From NCBI GenBank assembly GCA_020891255.1, contig BQFW01000006.1, positions 1,612,001 through 1,676,000 of the forward strand: a DNA stretch of 64,000 nucleotides, given 5' to 3'. A program made the position numbers and the translations under genes. Shown here piece after piece: positions 32,372 through 43,776 of the stretch. Source of the stretch: Entomortierella parvispora E1425 (Eukaryota > Fungi > Mortierellomycota). Positions within the stretch are counted from its first letter, which is position 1. Every line of letters begins with the position of its first letter. The notes under the pieces are model-generated. The model saw only the letters and a program-made list of their open reading frames with translations, ran no database searches and was not told the DNA's origin.

Positions 32372-35146
32372 TTACCTTGACCATAACCGCACAGTCGAGT
32401 CTTGTCCACCCGAAGCCAGCACTGAGTCGCTAAACCGTACGCTTTCGACAAAATTAGTATGTCCTGTGTAGTAGGAATGCTGTTGCGCAATCCGATCAAA
32501 AATCTAGAAACAGACAAGCTTGCATTAGTCAACTATTCAATTCTGTCAACTTCCTCCACAGATGGAAGCCATCGTACGATATGTTATCTTCATTTACCTT
32601 GAGACTCTCTCCAGATCCGACAATGATTTTTGAAGCATCAAACCGCAAACTCTTGACAGGATCTTCATACTGTAGGATTTCCTGGATGCCACCTGTTCTC
32701 AAATCCCAGATCTATCAGAAAAGTAGCCCCGTTAGTTTTCTGACGAGTACATCGTCATGGGTTATCAAACGAGAGGGAGGGAGGGGGGTCTTTTTTTTTT
32801 TTTTTTTAGCTTACTCGGACGCTCTTGTCAATGCTTCCACTGATAACATGGTAATCATCAAACTGAAGAGATGTAACTGGGCCAGTATGGCCAATCAGTG
32901 TCCGGTGAGGTTGTCCAGAACGAACTATGATAGTAGTGTGTCAACTCAGCAATTAGCAACCTAACAAGCTTGTTTGCGCTGCTGAATATCATATCTGGGT
33001 GACTCCAAGACTTACGATCCCACATGCGAATGGCTCCATCAATAGTTCCACTGCAAAGAGCATATTGGAAATACTGCAGGCTGCCCACATAACTGTAGTC
33101 CTTCAGGTCCAAGTCCATCCAGTCCGACCATGAGTTGGAAGTTCCCATGGCCCATAGCAAATCCATAGTAGTAACACATTGGCCCGTGGTCAGATCCCAT
33201 TCCTTGATTGTCTTGTCATTTGACCCAGACACCTACAAAATATAGCGTATATGAGTATCGTGAACCGAGTTTGCAATCTTCATATATAGTGCATATGCAT
33301 ACCAGTTTTTGATCCTCAAAGTATAAGCAGGTCACAGGTCCCATATGACCATGCAAGGTGTTGGTCCAGCAATCATCCAGTGCGTTCATAGTATCAGTAG
33401 AAGGTCTTGAGTAGTCTTCCAGACCCTCCACATTAGTTCCGTCCGTCTTGTCGCCATTTGATTCTGATGATGATGAGGAGGATGGACGCTGTGTTGCCTG
33501 TGCATGGTTCAAATCAGCCAAGTTCCAAGTTCTGATAGTGCTGTCCCGTGATCCAGTTACAAGGATGCTTTGATCAATCTGCATGCATTCTACGTAGTCC
33601 TCATGACCAGGAAGCTGACCCAAGCACTTGAAAGTGGTGAGGTCCCAGACACGGGTTGTGTTGTCCTTTGATGCAGTCACTAAGGTACCGTATGGTCCAT
33701 TCAGGTCCAGGCAGGTCACAACGCCGTCATGGCCATAGAATGTATGTATACAAGTGCCTGAATCCCGAGTTTCCTCTCTGTATCCAAGTTGTAGAGCTAT
33801 GAGGAAAGAGATAGACGTCCATATAAGAATAAAACTCAAGGAGTGAACGGCCATTCGTGATCTCGAAAAGTCTAAAAGTTGTCTTACGTTCTCCATCCGA
33901 TGCCTTTGTTCCTTCCGAAACAGTTGCCAATTTGTCATTGATATCTTCCACTGCAATTTCAAAGAGATTTTGCAGGAGTTAGTCTTCTGGTAATGGAATC
34001 GAGGTACGGTCCTATTTTAAAGTCGACTCACAGGTATCCGCAAGATCATCCTCTCGCTCTGAGAGTTTGCTCAGTTTGTATCCAAGGTTGGTCTGCCTAG
34101 CCACCAAGGTCTCAATTGATGCAGCCACTTGTCCTAATTCTGCTTGAATCATGGCCTATCCATGGGAGCCAAATGCCGGTTAGCCTCATCCAGTCGACTT
34201 TCAGTGCACTCAAGAAGGGCAGGCAAGGCGTATACCTTTTGCGTCTGTAGTTTAACCTGCTCCTTGATTGTCCTTTCTCGCTCATTCAGAAGGGAAGAAA
34301 ATGCCCGATTGGGATCCTCTTCATCCACTGATTACGATCGCAGAAACGTAGAGGTCAGATTGGCTGGATCCAAAATTGCTGTCATCCAATGCATGACGAT
34401 AGATATTGAGCATTACCTTCGCCATAGCCAGTCTTCCTCCGCCTGTGATGGCCCTTTCCCTTCCTCCCGTTCTTTGAGCTATGTCCTGGATATGATGCCT
34501 TGAATCCCTGGAAGAGTGACACTCTAGCAACAGGTTCAGGAATATCCTCTGCAAGCAATTGGTCTGCAGGCAATGGAATGGCAGGTCGAGCTCCTGTCAA
34601 AGCCAATGCCTGGGCATTAGCTGTGGCCCTTTTGAGGTAATGTGTAGCCATCAGATGGGGTGCCATTCCTGAGAGTCCTGTCAAAGATGCAATTCCTGTG
34701 AGATCTCCCTTGACCGCCTGGGCCGTTAAGGGCGAAAAGACGATGCTGCTGGTGGTTGAAAGGGTATTCCGGGCAGAAGAGGCGAAGTCCGAGACGTCAA
34801 AGGCATGGAGCAATTCCATGATGCGATGACGAGGCTGCTGCAATCCAGAAGACACCATCGACGACAATGACCGGCCAGTGGCCGAGATGCCAGAGATGGT
34901 CTGCGAAAAGACGGTGCCAGGCTGTCCATGAGTGGTTCCATTGGGCGATGGTGCGTGTCCTGGGGTGGGTGGAGGCGGTCCTGAGCTAGCGCCGTTGGAG
35001 TCTGCGGGTGGTGTAGTCGTAGTGGTGGGGGCAGAGCGTCTGCGGGAGGCCGAGTTGGCGAGCATGGTGCGTTCGGGGCCTGATGGCAGACTGGAAGCGA
35101 ATGGAGCCAGGGGTCGAGTGGGCTCGGATTGGAATGCAGTCGACAT
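32372..35146 (-). CDS. MDV1: Mitochondrial/peroxisomal fission adaptor, Mdv1/Caf4 family (N-terminal extension, coiled coil, WD40 repeats)
   Basis: [11 protein letters not shown]-terminal motif, a coiled-coil region, and WD40 repeats ([51 protein letters not shown]-stop at 32372). Multi-exon. Confidence 0.8.
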
Positions 35147-36148
35147 GGAAGACGAAGGATACCCCAGAGAGGGTGGAATAGATTAGAGCCAGAGAGTGAC
35201 TGGCCTGGCTCTGGGTCTGGGTCTGTCGGACTTGGCGTGTCGCCTCGGATGGGGGGAGTTAGGCTGGCTGTTGGGTCCTGGCCGGGATCCTGGGGTGTGG
35301 CGTGGGAAGGGTGAAGGGATAGACGAAGGAAGGGACGAAGGAAGGAAGGGAGGGGAAAGGGAGGAGGAGAAAAGGAGAACACACACTCGTTCTCTCTTTC
35401 TGGCCTTGTGTCTTTTGCTTTACTCCACGGGGCTTTTCTATGGTTCTCTCGCAGGATGGATGGGCGTTGGTTCTGGTCAATTGCAATTGCACTTGAGCTT
35501 CCATCCTCTTCCTTCTTTCTTTCTCTCTTCTCTTTCTTGTCCTTTTTCGAGTTGTTCTGTTTGCTAAGCATCCTTCACACAGCCCAGCAGCCACCCGGAC
35601 ACACACACATGCATAAACACAACTCCAAGCACAAGCATGTCCAGGACACCAGAAAAAAAAAAGTTGTGGGGAACGCGACAAGGGCTCTCGGCATTGGTCA
35701 GGCAGGCAGAAAAGAGGGTTGGTTTTGCAGCTGCTCTCTTCTCTTCATTTCATTCATACAAACAAATTGCCTTTCAGAGCCTCAATTGACTTTATGTCCT
35801 CTTTTGGATTGGATGCAAGGGTCCACTTGAATAAAAAAGCGCGGCTAAAATAAAAAAGAATAGTACTCGACAAAACCATCAAGAATCTCTCCAATGCTCT
35901 TGCCCCTGTCCTGGTTCTCTTCCCACTCCCACTGGGGTCTGCGCCATCTTTCGTCACTATCACAACTCAGCCACGCAGCGCAAAAAGGAGTACGGACGTG
36001 GCAGCCGTGATAGCAAAGGACATTCCTGACGCACAGATCCAATGGACTCAAGGGGCAATGGACGTTTGTCCCCTTTCTTCTTTCTTTCTTTTCCACTCCT
36101 CTTCATTCCATTCGCATATCTTTTCACAACTCTTATTCTCCTTTCCCC

Positions 36149-39100
36149 ATGTCCTTCATCGCTTTCCGGAGGAGGTTCTTGATCCTGCTGGTCCCAGTGA
36201 TCAACTTCCTCTTTCTCTTTCTCTTTGTATTTTCTCCTTCTTCTCTTCCCCGACTTCCCAAGAGCCTTTCCGTCCCACCAAAGTCCGGAGCCCGTCTCGT
36301 GCCCGAAGAGCCAGAACCCTTTGAACGCATTAGTTTTTTGCAAGGACAGGATTCTTCAAAAAACCCAAGCGCAGCGGCTTCTGATGTACCTTCAGATGCA
36401 CTTTCAGGAGCAGCCTACCTCATGGAGCAACGGAAACAAGTGCAAGGGATCCGGCTCACGCCTTTGCCAGACAGTCTAATTTCCACCTACCAGCCGGGAT
36501 ACCTCAGAGACTTGAGCGCGGCTATGACAACAAAACCCGCTTCTGAACCGCCGTCTGAGGCACCATCTGAGGCACCGTCTGAGCTGCCTTCTGAGCCTGC
36601 TTACGATATTGATAAGGATCCGACGACAAAGTTCCTTACATTTCTACCCCACTCTGGTTTCCATAATCAGCGGACAGAGCTCGAGAACGCGTTGCTCCTC
36701 GCACGTCTCTTGAACAGAACGTTGATCATGCCCAAGGTCTATCTCGGACCCCCCATGCCCTGGCTCGTCTTTCGACATTTACATTCTCGCCTGCTGTACC
36801 AGAACAAGATTGGATTGGATCATTGCAGGGCCATCATCGAACTTCAGGAGGCCGAGGAGGAATCGGAGGAAGAGCTAGGTCAAAATGAGGAGAAGCCAAC
36901 ACCACCATTACGGAAAGAGCACTACGAAAATACAGACCAGCCACCACTGGCTCCTCCCCCGCAGGTCATGGAACAGCCACCACAAGAGCAGCAACAGCAG
37001 CAGCCACCACCCCAAGGTCCACCAACGGAGCCATCTCAGACTCAGCTTTACCATCACCACCATCACCAGTTAACTCATGATCAACCCCAACGCCCGCCTG
37101 TGCAGAGTGCTGAGGACATCATCTCCCCTGTACTGCGAGAGGTCATGTCGCTTGAAGATCAAATTCGTGCAGAGAAAGATACTGACGAATCGAACCAGGT
37201 ATCTTTGGATCCAAACACAACAGCGGACGATGATGCAGACGAGCAGTTGGACGATGAGTCGAGGGAGGAAACAGATTTGCAGTCAGATTACTCTGGATCT
37301 CTGGATGATGACTCCAGTACTTCGATGGAAGAGGAGGTGGAAGAAGAAGAAGACCCAGAGGATTCGCCTTCCTGGATAGAAGAAGCCGATGAAGAAGAGG
37401 AAGAAATGGGAATAGCGACCGGAGATAATCCTCAAGATATCCTGGACCTTGAGTTGGATCAGTCCGGAGAGGAATACGAACCAGAAGTAGAGGACTGGGA
37501 AACGATCAAAGAAGGAGAAGAAGGAGAAGGGGAGGAAGAAGCCGATTTCGGGGAGCTACCTATTGGGATCGAGGATGACGACGAGGAAGAGGAGGACGAG
37601 ATGGACCTTGCAGCGCGACGTTACAGAAAAGACTGGGGGCAGGACCCGTTTTCCTTGCCGATTCAGAGGGAGCGACCACGCCGAACAAGAGGAAGGCAGC
37701 TGTCTCAGCTGGAAGACTCTGAAGTGGCGTGGCCTCTTTACCTACCCGTGGACTCGACCCTCCGGGAAGAAAAACCGCGCTTATGGAAGAGATCGTTCAT
37801 AGACGAGAGACCTGGAAGTCAACAGCAGGATGTCCAGGTTCAGGAGCAAGCGACAGGCCCTCGCTTCCAGAAACGCCAAATACCACAACAATTCCCACTT
37901 CAGGAACTGCCCCAACCCATTGTCCCCTCTGCCCCCCTTCCAGCGACACGAAAGCCAAAGCGACGGATGAAATGGAGTCCACTCCCGACAGAATGTCTCC
38001 AGTACGAGTCATGGACCATGACTGACTGGGACCTATTTTTCAACTTGGATCCATTGCGTCGATATGTGCGCATTCTTACCAGGGAGTCCATGTCGATGGC
38101 GTATCTCGAATCTCGATTTAATATCACTATGCCAAAGGACCCGGAGCCTATACCAAGTAATTCAACATCCAACGGAACAGCCTCCACGGACGGGTCAGAT
38201 GAAGCGCACGAGAGTGAGATCGGCCTCGGAGAGGACGACATCAGTGCCAGTGAGGAGGCTGAAGAAGGCGAAGGCGAGGAGGGTGAAGAGGAAGCCGAAA
38301 AGGTGGTACCTCTACTTAGAACTGAAGGCGATGTTCTGTTTTTCGACGACTCCAATCTTTACGACTACAGGTTCACCGAGAACCCAGATGATCCAGAGTC
38401 TCTGAGAACGCGGGCCAAGTTTGGACAAGAGTTTACTATAGAGACGATGAAGAACAGACCGGAGCGGTTGATTCATCTAGGATCGATGTTTGGAACAGGG
38501 CGGGTAAGCATCGAATCTCTGGAAAATAAGGCCTGGCTGTTGACCATCAAGGACCACTTGATCTTGAGGACGGAGATCCTACAGGCTACCAGCCAAAGGA
38601 TTGCAGACAGGATCAGTGGTACTGCACATCCCGCAGAAGGCGGAGGCACCCTAGAAGAGCAGCGGCCGAAAAAAGATGCGATGGAGTCTGGATTTGTCGG
38701 GATTCACATCCGGATGTCGGATGGGCACTTTTCGTTGTCTGCCCGAGATACGATTGAGAACATTCGACAAGAGTTGTTGTGGCAGACTGGGGTCAGCGAG
38801 GGCAACGAGGCTGGCCATGGCTCAGCAGAAAAAGGGGTGCCTCCAAACGCGGGCTCTGATTCCTCGTACAACATGCCCCCTGCACAGAAAATGCAAGACC
38901 GCCTTTCAATCGAGCAGTGCCGTGCACGGGCACTGGACCATCACAGAAACCTGCAATTGTTCCTTGAGCAACAACGACAGGAGAAGCAGCAAAGGCAGCA
39001 GCAGCAGCAGCAGCAGCAGGGCCAAGAAAACCCAATTCCTCTAGCGCAGCAGCAACAGCAACAACAACAACAGCAACACACGTTTTCCCACAGAGTTGTT

Positions 39101-39439
39101 GAAAGCAATGCAAGCCCGCCCAGACGCAGATCCAATGGTCGCTACACTCCCATATATCTTGCTACAGACGCGCACCAACCTCGGTCCAATCCCATCTTTG
39201 ACAAGCTGTTCGAGTCCTTTGACTGCATTTTCACCCTGGATGACTTTACAGAGGACCTGGAGCCTTTACATCGATTCCGCAATCCCGAGGATGGGACATT
39301 GATGGCCAAGTTTTTGATTCCAATGGTGGACGCCATGGTCGTGGCCAAGGCCGCGGCCTTCTTTGGAACCCCTGCAAGTACCTTTTCCAACTATATACTG
39401 AAGCAACTTCGACCTGCGTACACAGGCCTTTATGACTAA
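36149..39439 (+). CDS. Type II membrane GDP-fucose O-fucosyltransferase-like (CigA-type) protein with long acidic inserts (1096 aa)
   Basis: N-terminal signal anchor, then LPHSGFHNQRTELENALLLARLLNRTLIMP, FVGIHIRMSDGHF, IYLATD and DAMVVAKAAAFFGTPASTFS. Confidence 0.8.
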   Translation: MSFIAFRRRFLILLVPVINFLFLFLFVFSPSSLPRLPKSLSVPPKSGARLVPEEPEPFERISFLQGQDSSKNPSAAASDVPSDALSGAAYLMEQRKQVQGIRLTPLPDSLISTYQPGYLRDLSAAMTTKPASEPPSEAPSEAPSELPSEPAYDIDKDPTTKFLTFLPHSGFHNQRTELENALLLARLLNRTLIMPKVYLGPPMPWLVFRHLHSRLLYQNKIGLDHCRAIIELQEAEEESEEELGQNEEKPTPPLRKEHYENTDQPPLAPPPQVMEQPPQEQQQQQPPPQGPPTEPSQTQLYHHHHHQLTHDQPQRPPVQSAEDIISPVLREVMSLEDQIRAEKDTDESNQVSLDPNTTADDDADEQLDDESREETDLQSDYSGSLDDDSSTSMEEEVEEEEDPEDSPSWIEEADEEEEEMGIATGDNPQDILDLELDQSGEEYEPEVEDWETIKEGEEGEGEEEADFGELPIGIEDDDEEEEDEMDLAARRYRKDWGQDPFSLPIQRERPRRTRGRQLSQLEDSEVAWPLYLPVDSTLREEKPRLWKRSFIDERPGSQQQDVQVQEQATGPRFQKRQIPQQFPLQELPQPIVPSAPLPATRKPKRRMKWSPLPTECLQYESWTMTDWDLFFNLDPLRRYVRILTRESMSMAYLESRFNITMPKDPEPIPSNSTSNGTASTDGSDEAHESEIGLGEDDISASEEAEEGEGEEGEEEAEKVVPLLRTEGDVLFFDDSNLYDYRFTENPDDPESLRTRAKFGQEFTIETMKNRPERLIHLGSMFGTGRVSIESLENKAWLLTIKDHLILRTEILQATSQRIADRISGTAHPAEGGGTLEEQRPKKDAMESGFVGIHIRMSDGHFSLSARDTIENIRQELLWQTGVSEGNEAGHGSAEKGVPPNAGSDSSYNMPPAQKMQDRLSIEQCRARALDHHRNLQLFLEQQRQEKQQRQQQQQQQQGQENPIPLAQQQQQQQQQQHTFSHRVVESNASPPRRRSNGRYTPIYLATDAHQPRSNPIFDKLFESFDCIFTLDDFTEDLEPLHRFRNPEDGTLMAKFLIPMVDAMVVAKAAAFFGTPASTFSNYILKQLRPAYTGLYD

Positions 39440-39983
39440 AAGAACCAATTATTATACCCAATCATGCTCATGTTTGTCACTTTGCTGTCTCGAGTTTTAA
39501 CCAAGGAAGAAAAAGGCAACGCCAATATTCCAAGTCCTGTCTTCCCCCTTGCTCAAAAGTTCATAGATCATTACTTGTCTCTCCGCGTCAGAGCATGACG
39601 CCCACCATCGAGGTATTCACACATGCCCAGGGGGGATATCCGCATCACGCGGCAAGGGGAAGAAGGGGTTCTAAAGTTGATCTACTTCGATTCCACAAAA
39701 ACATCTAGACACTTGGCAGTAGAGCGTAGGAAAAAATTTGGTGGCCATCGCGTTTCGTGTTTGATTTTTTTTTTGTCCCGCTGTGCATGGGCGCTTTCTG
39801 CCTTATCATAAAAAGAGCAAGTTCTTTCCATGCAACCCCAAGAACGAGAACTCATCCTTACTGCCACACCCCCTCACTTTCTCTTATAAAAACCCACTTG
39901 TTCTTCACAGTGTTTTTTTTTTCATTCTTTCACTATACTCAAAACCCCTACACACATCTCAAGTCCCACACAATACTTTTGCT

Positions 39984-41913
39984 ATGACCAACTCCACTCA
40001 TATCCACGAAGAGAATGCCGCGGCCCCGAGCGGATCCTTGTCGACATTGTCGCCTATCCTTTCAAGCAAGGCAGCCGCCGCCTTGGACGGTCCTGAATAT
40101 GTCCCCGAGAGTATCTATGTCACCTTTGATTCTTGGACCAATTGGGGTGGGAATCTGACCTATCAGCCCGAAAGGACCTTCCATCCAAAGACCCTGGGGG
40201 ACCTCAAGACCATTGCCCGATTGGCCAAGACCCACGGCAAGAAAATCCGTTGCACAGGAAGCGGCCACTCTTGGAGCTCGACCGCTGTCTCGAAGGATTA
40301 TCTCGTCTCGACGCGAGAGATGGACAAGGTCTCCCCACCCGTGCACAACCCGGAAGGGCCATGCGAGGGAGGGGATGGTTGGACGGTGACAATTGAAACT
40401 GGAGTCCTGATTGAGGACCTGGATCTCTATCTGCGACAGCACAATCCACCTTTGACCTTGCCCTCGAACGTCCTAGTTGGCTGTGTAAGTTTACGGCCCT
40501 GTATACCAACGAAAGAAAAAGAAAAAAAAACCCCTCCATCTGGACCCAGGTCAGCATGCTCAAACTTTTCTCTCTCTCTCTTTTGATTCTTTAGGTTCGA
40601 TATGGAGGTGTTTTGACCATGGGAACCGTAAGTCTTGCGCCTCGATCCTCAAACCTGTCTATTGTCTCTACCGCAATTTTTCTAACGCATGGCGCTACCT
40701 ATTCTCAATCATAGCACGGTGCATCCGTCAACTCGAGCACCATGAGTGACATGGTCACTGAGATGACCATTGTCAACGCTCACGGTGAATTGGTCACGTA
40801 TTCGGAGGCCGTTGACCCCGAAGCGTTCAATGCCGCCTGTTTGAACCTGGGGCTTCTCGGGCTTATCTACACCGCCACCTTGAAAGTAGAATTGATGCAG
40901 ACCCGAATGCGCGTCAGAGATTCTTACCCCCGGTTGGATTCCATCTTCAATACCTCCGACCCATCCGCCTCCGGGTTGAAACTCAAGAGCATGGTCCTTC
41001 AACAGGACTCGATCGAGTTCATCTACTGGCCCTTCAAGCGCTTTGGTCAAGAGACCTTCAACGAACATATCTGGTGCAAACAATGGGCACGCACTACAGA
41101 CCTGGTCCCCGAGGGAGAGGAGGCCGAGGCCAGAAAGAAACTTCTTGCGGAACGGCCCCCCAGTGTGGATCATCCGTTCTTTGCCAGTTTCCATGTCGGT
41201 GAGGAAATTATGGAGATCCCAGACGCGATCCATTTCCCATTCGGAGATGGAAAGTCCACTGTTTTGGACACTGGTATCGCCATGAAGGTGGACCCAGATT
41301 TCAAGAATGTCATCGAGGCATTTTCTGAGCTTGTGGAGAAGGTAATGTCTTGACCTATTTGTACCAAAGACTTCCATCTTTTTCTTTTATTTCAAGCGAC
41401 TAACTTTCATGGCCACCACCTATCTCTCCAATTTTCTTGCCAATAGAACTACGAGTTCTCGCGTAGTATGCCCGAGCGCATGGGCACAGCTCTCGAGTTG
41501 CGATTTATCAGGTCTTCCAACAAGATGCTCTCCCCCGTCTATGATGAGGACCCAGAGGCAATTTTTGCCATGGTGAACCTGATGGCTCTCAGCGGCACCC
41601 CTGGATTTGAAGAGTTAGCGGCTGCTACTATGGCCAACTGGATCCATCGCTACAATGCCAAGTAAGAGATGTTTTGGACGGAGGCATAGCTGTGTCTCGT
41701 TGCTCTCAATACCAGCTAATAATCCGACTTTTTTTTTTTTTTTTGTCATCTAGACCCCATTGGGCCAAGATGTGGGAAGCAACTCCAGGAGTTGTTCCTT
41801 ATCTTCGCCAAGAGTATGGGCCTCGAATCGCTCGATTCAACAAAGTCCGAAAGGTCCAGGATCCTTTGGATATGTTTGTCAACGCGACGTTCGAGGAGTT
41901 TATCCGCGATTGA
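39984..41913 (+). CDS. FAD-linked oxidase of the D-arabinono-1,4-lactone / L-gulonolactone oxidase family
   Basis: Exons 39984-40484, 40595-40627, 40715-41341, 41447-41661 and 41754-41913. Motifs NWGGN, GSGHSWS (the covalent-FAD His position), GGVLTMGTHG, ELRF and KPHWAK. Confidence 0.9.
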
Positions 41914-42470
41914 GTCTACAACGAGTTATTATAGCAACAGTTTTTTTTTTTTGAAAATCCACAGAGGTTATGTATTTGAACCACACCGATAAAAGTCCGG
42001 GAATAAACAGGTTTCTATAGCCTTTTGATCCTGTAAAAGATGGAGATTGCCCAGATGGGGAAGAGGAGGAGAGAAGGAGAATGGAGGAAGGCTTGTGGCT
42101 TTTCATGGTGGCAAGAAAAGATCATTTTGATGTTCAATCGAGGACAATGGTCGAGAGACTGTGCTGTCAGACAGCAAAGCGGCGAGGCGAGGATATAAAA
42201 GAGTCCAATGGCCAGGAAAGCGTCTCCAGCTGAGCCTCTCCTGGTATTGAAGCGTGGGGACCTTGGACTTAGTCTTCATCCACCCAGTCCTATGATGAAA
42301 CAAGAAACAAAAATGTTGCATTAGTATCCAGCTAGTGTCCACGCATCCAGTCCATCCAGTCTAGTTTTTCAGTATCGCTTCCACTCACTAGTTATCAAAG
42401 GAAACGTCAAGGAGACAAAAGGGTATTTTAATTAGTGAAAATAGATCATCCACAAAGCAGCCACCGCTCT

Positions 42471-43048
42471 CTAAACATATTTTTGCGTACCATTCTCACG
42501 TCTGACTTGGTCTTCTTCCTCTGGTGTAAAGTCGTTCGTGATGTTGAAGGTCTTTCGAATCTCCTCTGGTGATTTGGCCTTGATCATATTGGCGACGGTC
42601 TTGCAAGTCAGATCCAGCAACGGTTTGATGTCCAAGTAATTTGCAGCCTATTTTTTTTTTTAAACAAAAAAAGTGGTGCCTGGTCAATGGATCTGAGATA
42701 TTAAAGGGCCACAGCAGTTTCAGCATTGGTGCACAGCTTCTTCACGCATACCCAGATCAGCTCGAGCAGAGTGCCTTGGTCAACCTTGCAGTATTCCAGG
42801 TCCCATTCGCCAATCTCTGCAGCGACATCGTCGTTAGCATTTTGGAAATCAGGGTCGTCGCGGTGATGAGCGCAGTATTCAATGACCTTTGTGAGGATGG
42901 GACCTGATACGTTGGGCAAAGGAATGGCCTGACCCACTTCGCCAATGTCCTCGAGCATGAGCTTGAGTAGCATGCTCTTGTCGGCAATGTCGCGGTCAAT
43001 GAGGAATTCGGTGCCCTCGGAGGAGGTGAGGAGGATCTGGGATGACAT
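42471..43048 (-). CDS. SKP1: SKP1 family protein (divergent paralog); 3' end ambiguous
   Basis: Exons 43048-42752 and 42647-~42471. Motifs [41 protein letters not shown] and [20 protein letters not shown]. Confidence 0.9.
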
Positions 43049-43163
43049 TAAGGGAGGATGGAATGAGTGGAGGGGGGAGGGAGGGAGGGAAAGAGAGAGA
43101 GGAGGAAGGCTGAGCTGTAAGACGGAGAGGAGAAGAGAGAGAGTGTGGAGAAGGGAAAAGAAA

Positions 43164-43278
43164 GAGAAGAGAAGAGAAGAGAAGAGAAGAGAAGCCAGTC
43201 CATGGACACACGCAGTCAAAGCAAAGCAAAGCAAAGCAAAGCGCACGCGTGCTTGATCCAGGGATCCAGGGATCCAGG
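43164..43278. repeat. Cluster of short tandem repeats: (GAGAA)n, (CAAAG)5, (GATCCAGG)3
   Basis: Read directly at 43164-43193, 43217-43241 and 43255-43278, in the SKP1/ECH1 divergent intergenic region. Confidence 0.85.
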
Positions 43279-43561
43279 GCAGCCCTCAAAGGGACGTTCT
43301 TTGGGCAGAAAGAACAAGATGTGGATGTGTTGCCACCAACCACCGACCAGGACGACGCGTCCTAGCTGGGTCCTGCCTTCTCTCTTGTGCAGTGTCATGA
43401 CTACGGGAGAGGGGAGATCCCACTTTCCACGGACACATATTACATCGACAGACTGAAGACAACAATCACATGATGTATATCGGCTTGATTTCGTCCCTTC
43501 CCCGCCGATCACTTCCTTTTCGCTGGTCTCTTTCTCCACTCGCTGAACTGAACAAACTCTT

Positions 43562-43603
43562 TGCACACTGCACACTGCACACTGCACACTGCACACTGCA
43601 CAC
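43562..43603 (+). repeat. Perfect heptamer array (TGCACAC)6
   Basis: Six exact copies about 175 bp upstream of the ECH1 ATG. Confidence 0.95.
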
Positions 43604-43776
43604 ACGCTTCGGTCCAACACTCGATCCTTGCCGTCTGTCCCTGTTCTCTTTCACCGCGGTCGTCTCGTTTTTATACCTCCTTCTCTTTCCCTCCCTCTCC
43701 CTCTTCTCTTTTTTTTTCACTTCAGCTCCCTTCTGTCCCTTCCCTTCCTTCATCCTCATCTCTCCCATTCCTCACC

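Noticed and set aside
42292-42360. ATGATGA C-box-like motif between the ALO-type gene and SKP1
   Set aside because: No D box at a suitable distance, no terminal stem and no intron context.
26572-43048. F-box gene and SKP1 paralog in the same window as a possible SCF module
   Set aside because: They are 13 kb apart with four unrelated genes between them, and both families are multi-copy.
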